Assembly (NCBI GenBank): GCA_036795065.1
Contig: DAIRFN010000002.1
Location: 1 to 54,640 of the forward strand
Source of the DNA: Vicinamibacterales bacterium
GTDB taxonomy: Bacteria; Acidobacteriota; Vicinamibacteria; Vicinamibacterales; UBA2999
Length of the DNA: 54,640 nt
Direction: 5' to 3'
Positions 54,270-54,640 of the stretch are shown in pieces. The position numbers and the translations under genes are program-made. The notes below the pieces were generated by a model that made no database searches, had not been told where the DNA came from, and saw nothing but the letters and a program-made list of their open reading frames with translations. Numbering within the stretch: the stretch's first letter is position 1; each line of letters begins with the position of its first letter.

Positions 54270-54640
54270 ATGCAGCGGCGCCTCCTCGCCGGAAGCATTC
54301 TGGGTCTAGGGCTGCTCCTGATGCCCACCCCGGTGCCGGCGCAAGAACCGGAGGGAGGCCAGGCGGTTTTCAAGTCGGGCGTCGACCTCGTGACGGTGAG
54401 TGCGACGGTGCGCGACAGAAAGGGGCGGCTCGTGACTGGCCTTCAAGCCCGGGACTTCGAGGTGATCGATCGTGGCGAACGCCGCGTCATCAGCCAGTTC
54501 CGCACGGATCGCGCCCCGATCAGCCTGGCGATTCTGTTCGATATCAGCGGCAGCATGGACGTCGCCGCTCGATTCACTGCTGCAAAATTTGCGGCCCATC
54601 ACCTCCTGTCTTGGCTGGAGCCGGGCCGCGACGAAGCCGC
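54270..54640 (+). CDS. VWA-domain protein of the acidobacterial VWFA-related type (partial; continues past the window end)
   Basis: Not in the ORF track because it has no stop. AGGAGG lies 3 nt upstream of ATG 54270. MQRRLLAGSILGLGLLLMPTPVPAQ (signal peptide), then FKSGVDLVTVSATVRDRKGRLVTGLQARDFEVIDRGERRVISQF and ISLAILFDISGSM (MIDAS DxSxS). Confidence 0.75.
   Translation, partial: MQRRLLAGSILGLGLLLMPTPVPAQEPEGGQAVFKSGVDLVTVSATVRDRKGRLVTGLQARDFEVIDRGERRVISQFRTDRAPISLAILFDISGSMDVAARFTAAKFAAHHLLSWLEPGRDEA

Overview
This is a GC-rich bacterial chromosomal segment from the replication-origin neighbourhood. It is probably an Acidobacteriota genome: the last, partial ORF has the N-terminal signature I recognise from the acidobacterial VWFA-related family. 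That is recognition, not a database hit. Gene order: dnaA (partial, minus strand, missed by the ORF track) diverges from rpmH-rnpA-yidD-yidC-jag-mnmE-mnmG-rsmG-parA-parB. Next come selD (with an in-frame selenocysteine UGA that the ORF track splits) and a partial F1Fo operon (b'-b-delta-alpha-gamma-beta-epsilon, no a or c subunit). These are followed by a Wzm/Wzt-type ABC polysaccharide exporter plus heptose-1-P adenylyltransferase, mfd, a SurA-like gene, a NusG paralogue, dusB, a HAD phosphatase, a Dabb operon and pgl. A signal-transduction island follows: a sigma-54 enhancer-binding response regulator, a small HTH protein, an H-box-only mini-protein, a FliA-family sigma factor behind a -24/-12 promoter, a hybrid histidine kinase, and a degenerate GGDEF protein. 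The rest is an EamA transporter, a YhaM-like nuclease, fabZ, a GAF-GAF-PP2C phosphatase, an orphan atpB, a lipoprotein, glnA, a PDZ protein, a GAF membrane protein, a NuoG-like protein, an M1 peptidase, a second PP2C phosphatase, a large polytopic membrane protein and an AlaA-like aminotransferase. I saw no rRNA, tRNA, CRISPR array, transposase, integrase or recognisable defence system, so most of the window is core housekeeping. Three things deserve follow-up. (1) The regulatory island reads as a possible multi-step phosphorelay that uses a stand-alone DHp mini-protein and feeds a sigma-54 to sigma-28-family cascade. (2) At least six gene leaders carry mutually unrelated, degenerate short tandem-repeat arrays. 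These include a roughly 160-nt G-depleted (CCCCCAAT)n/CAAT tract and a 4 x 15-nt array in which every unit carries GGAG(G). (3) selD is Sec-encoding, and the window also holds perfect parS sites and DnaA boxes. All functional calls rest on motif or family recognition by eye; no searches were run.
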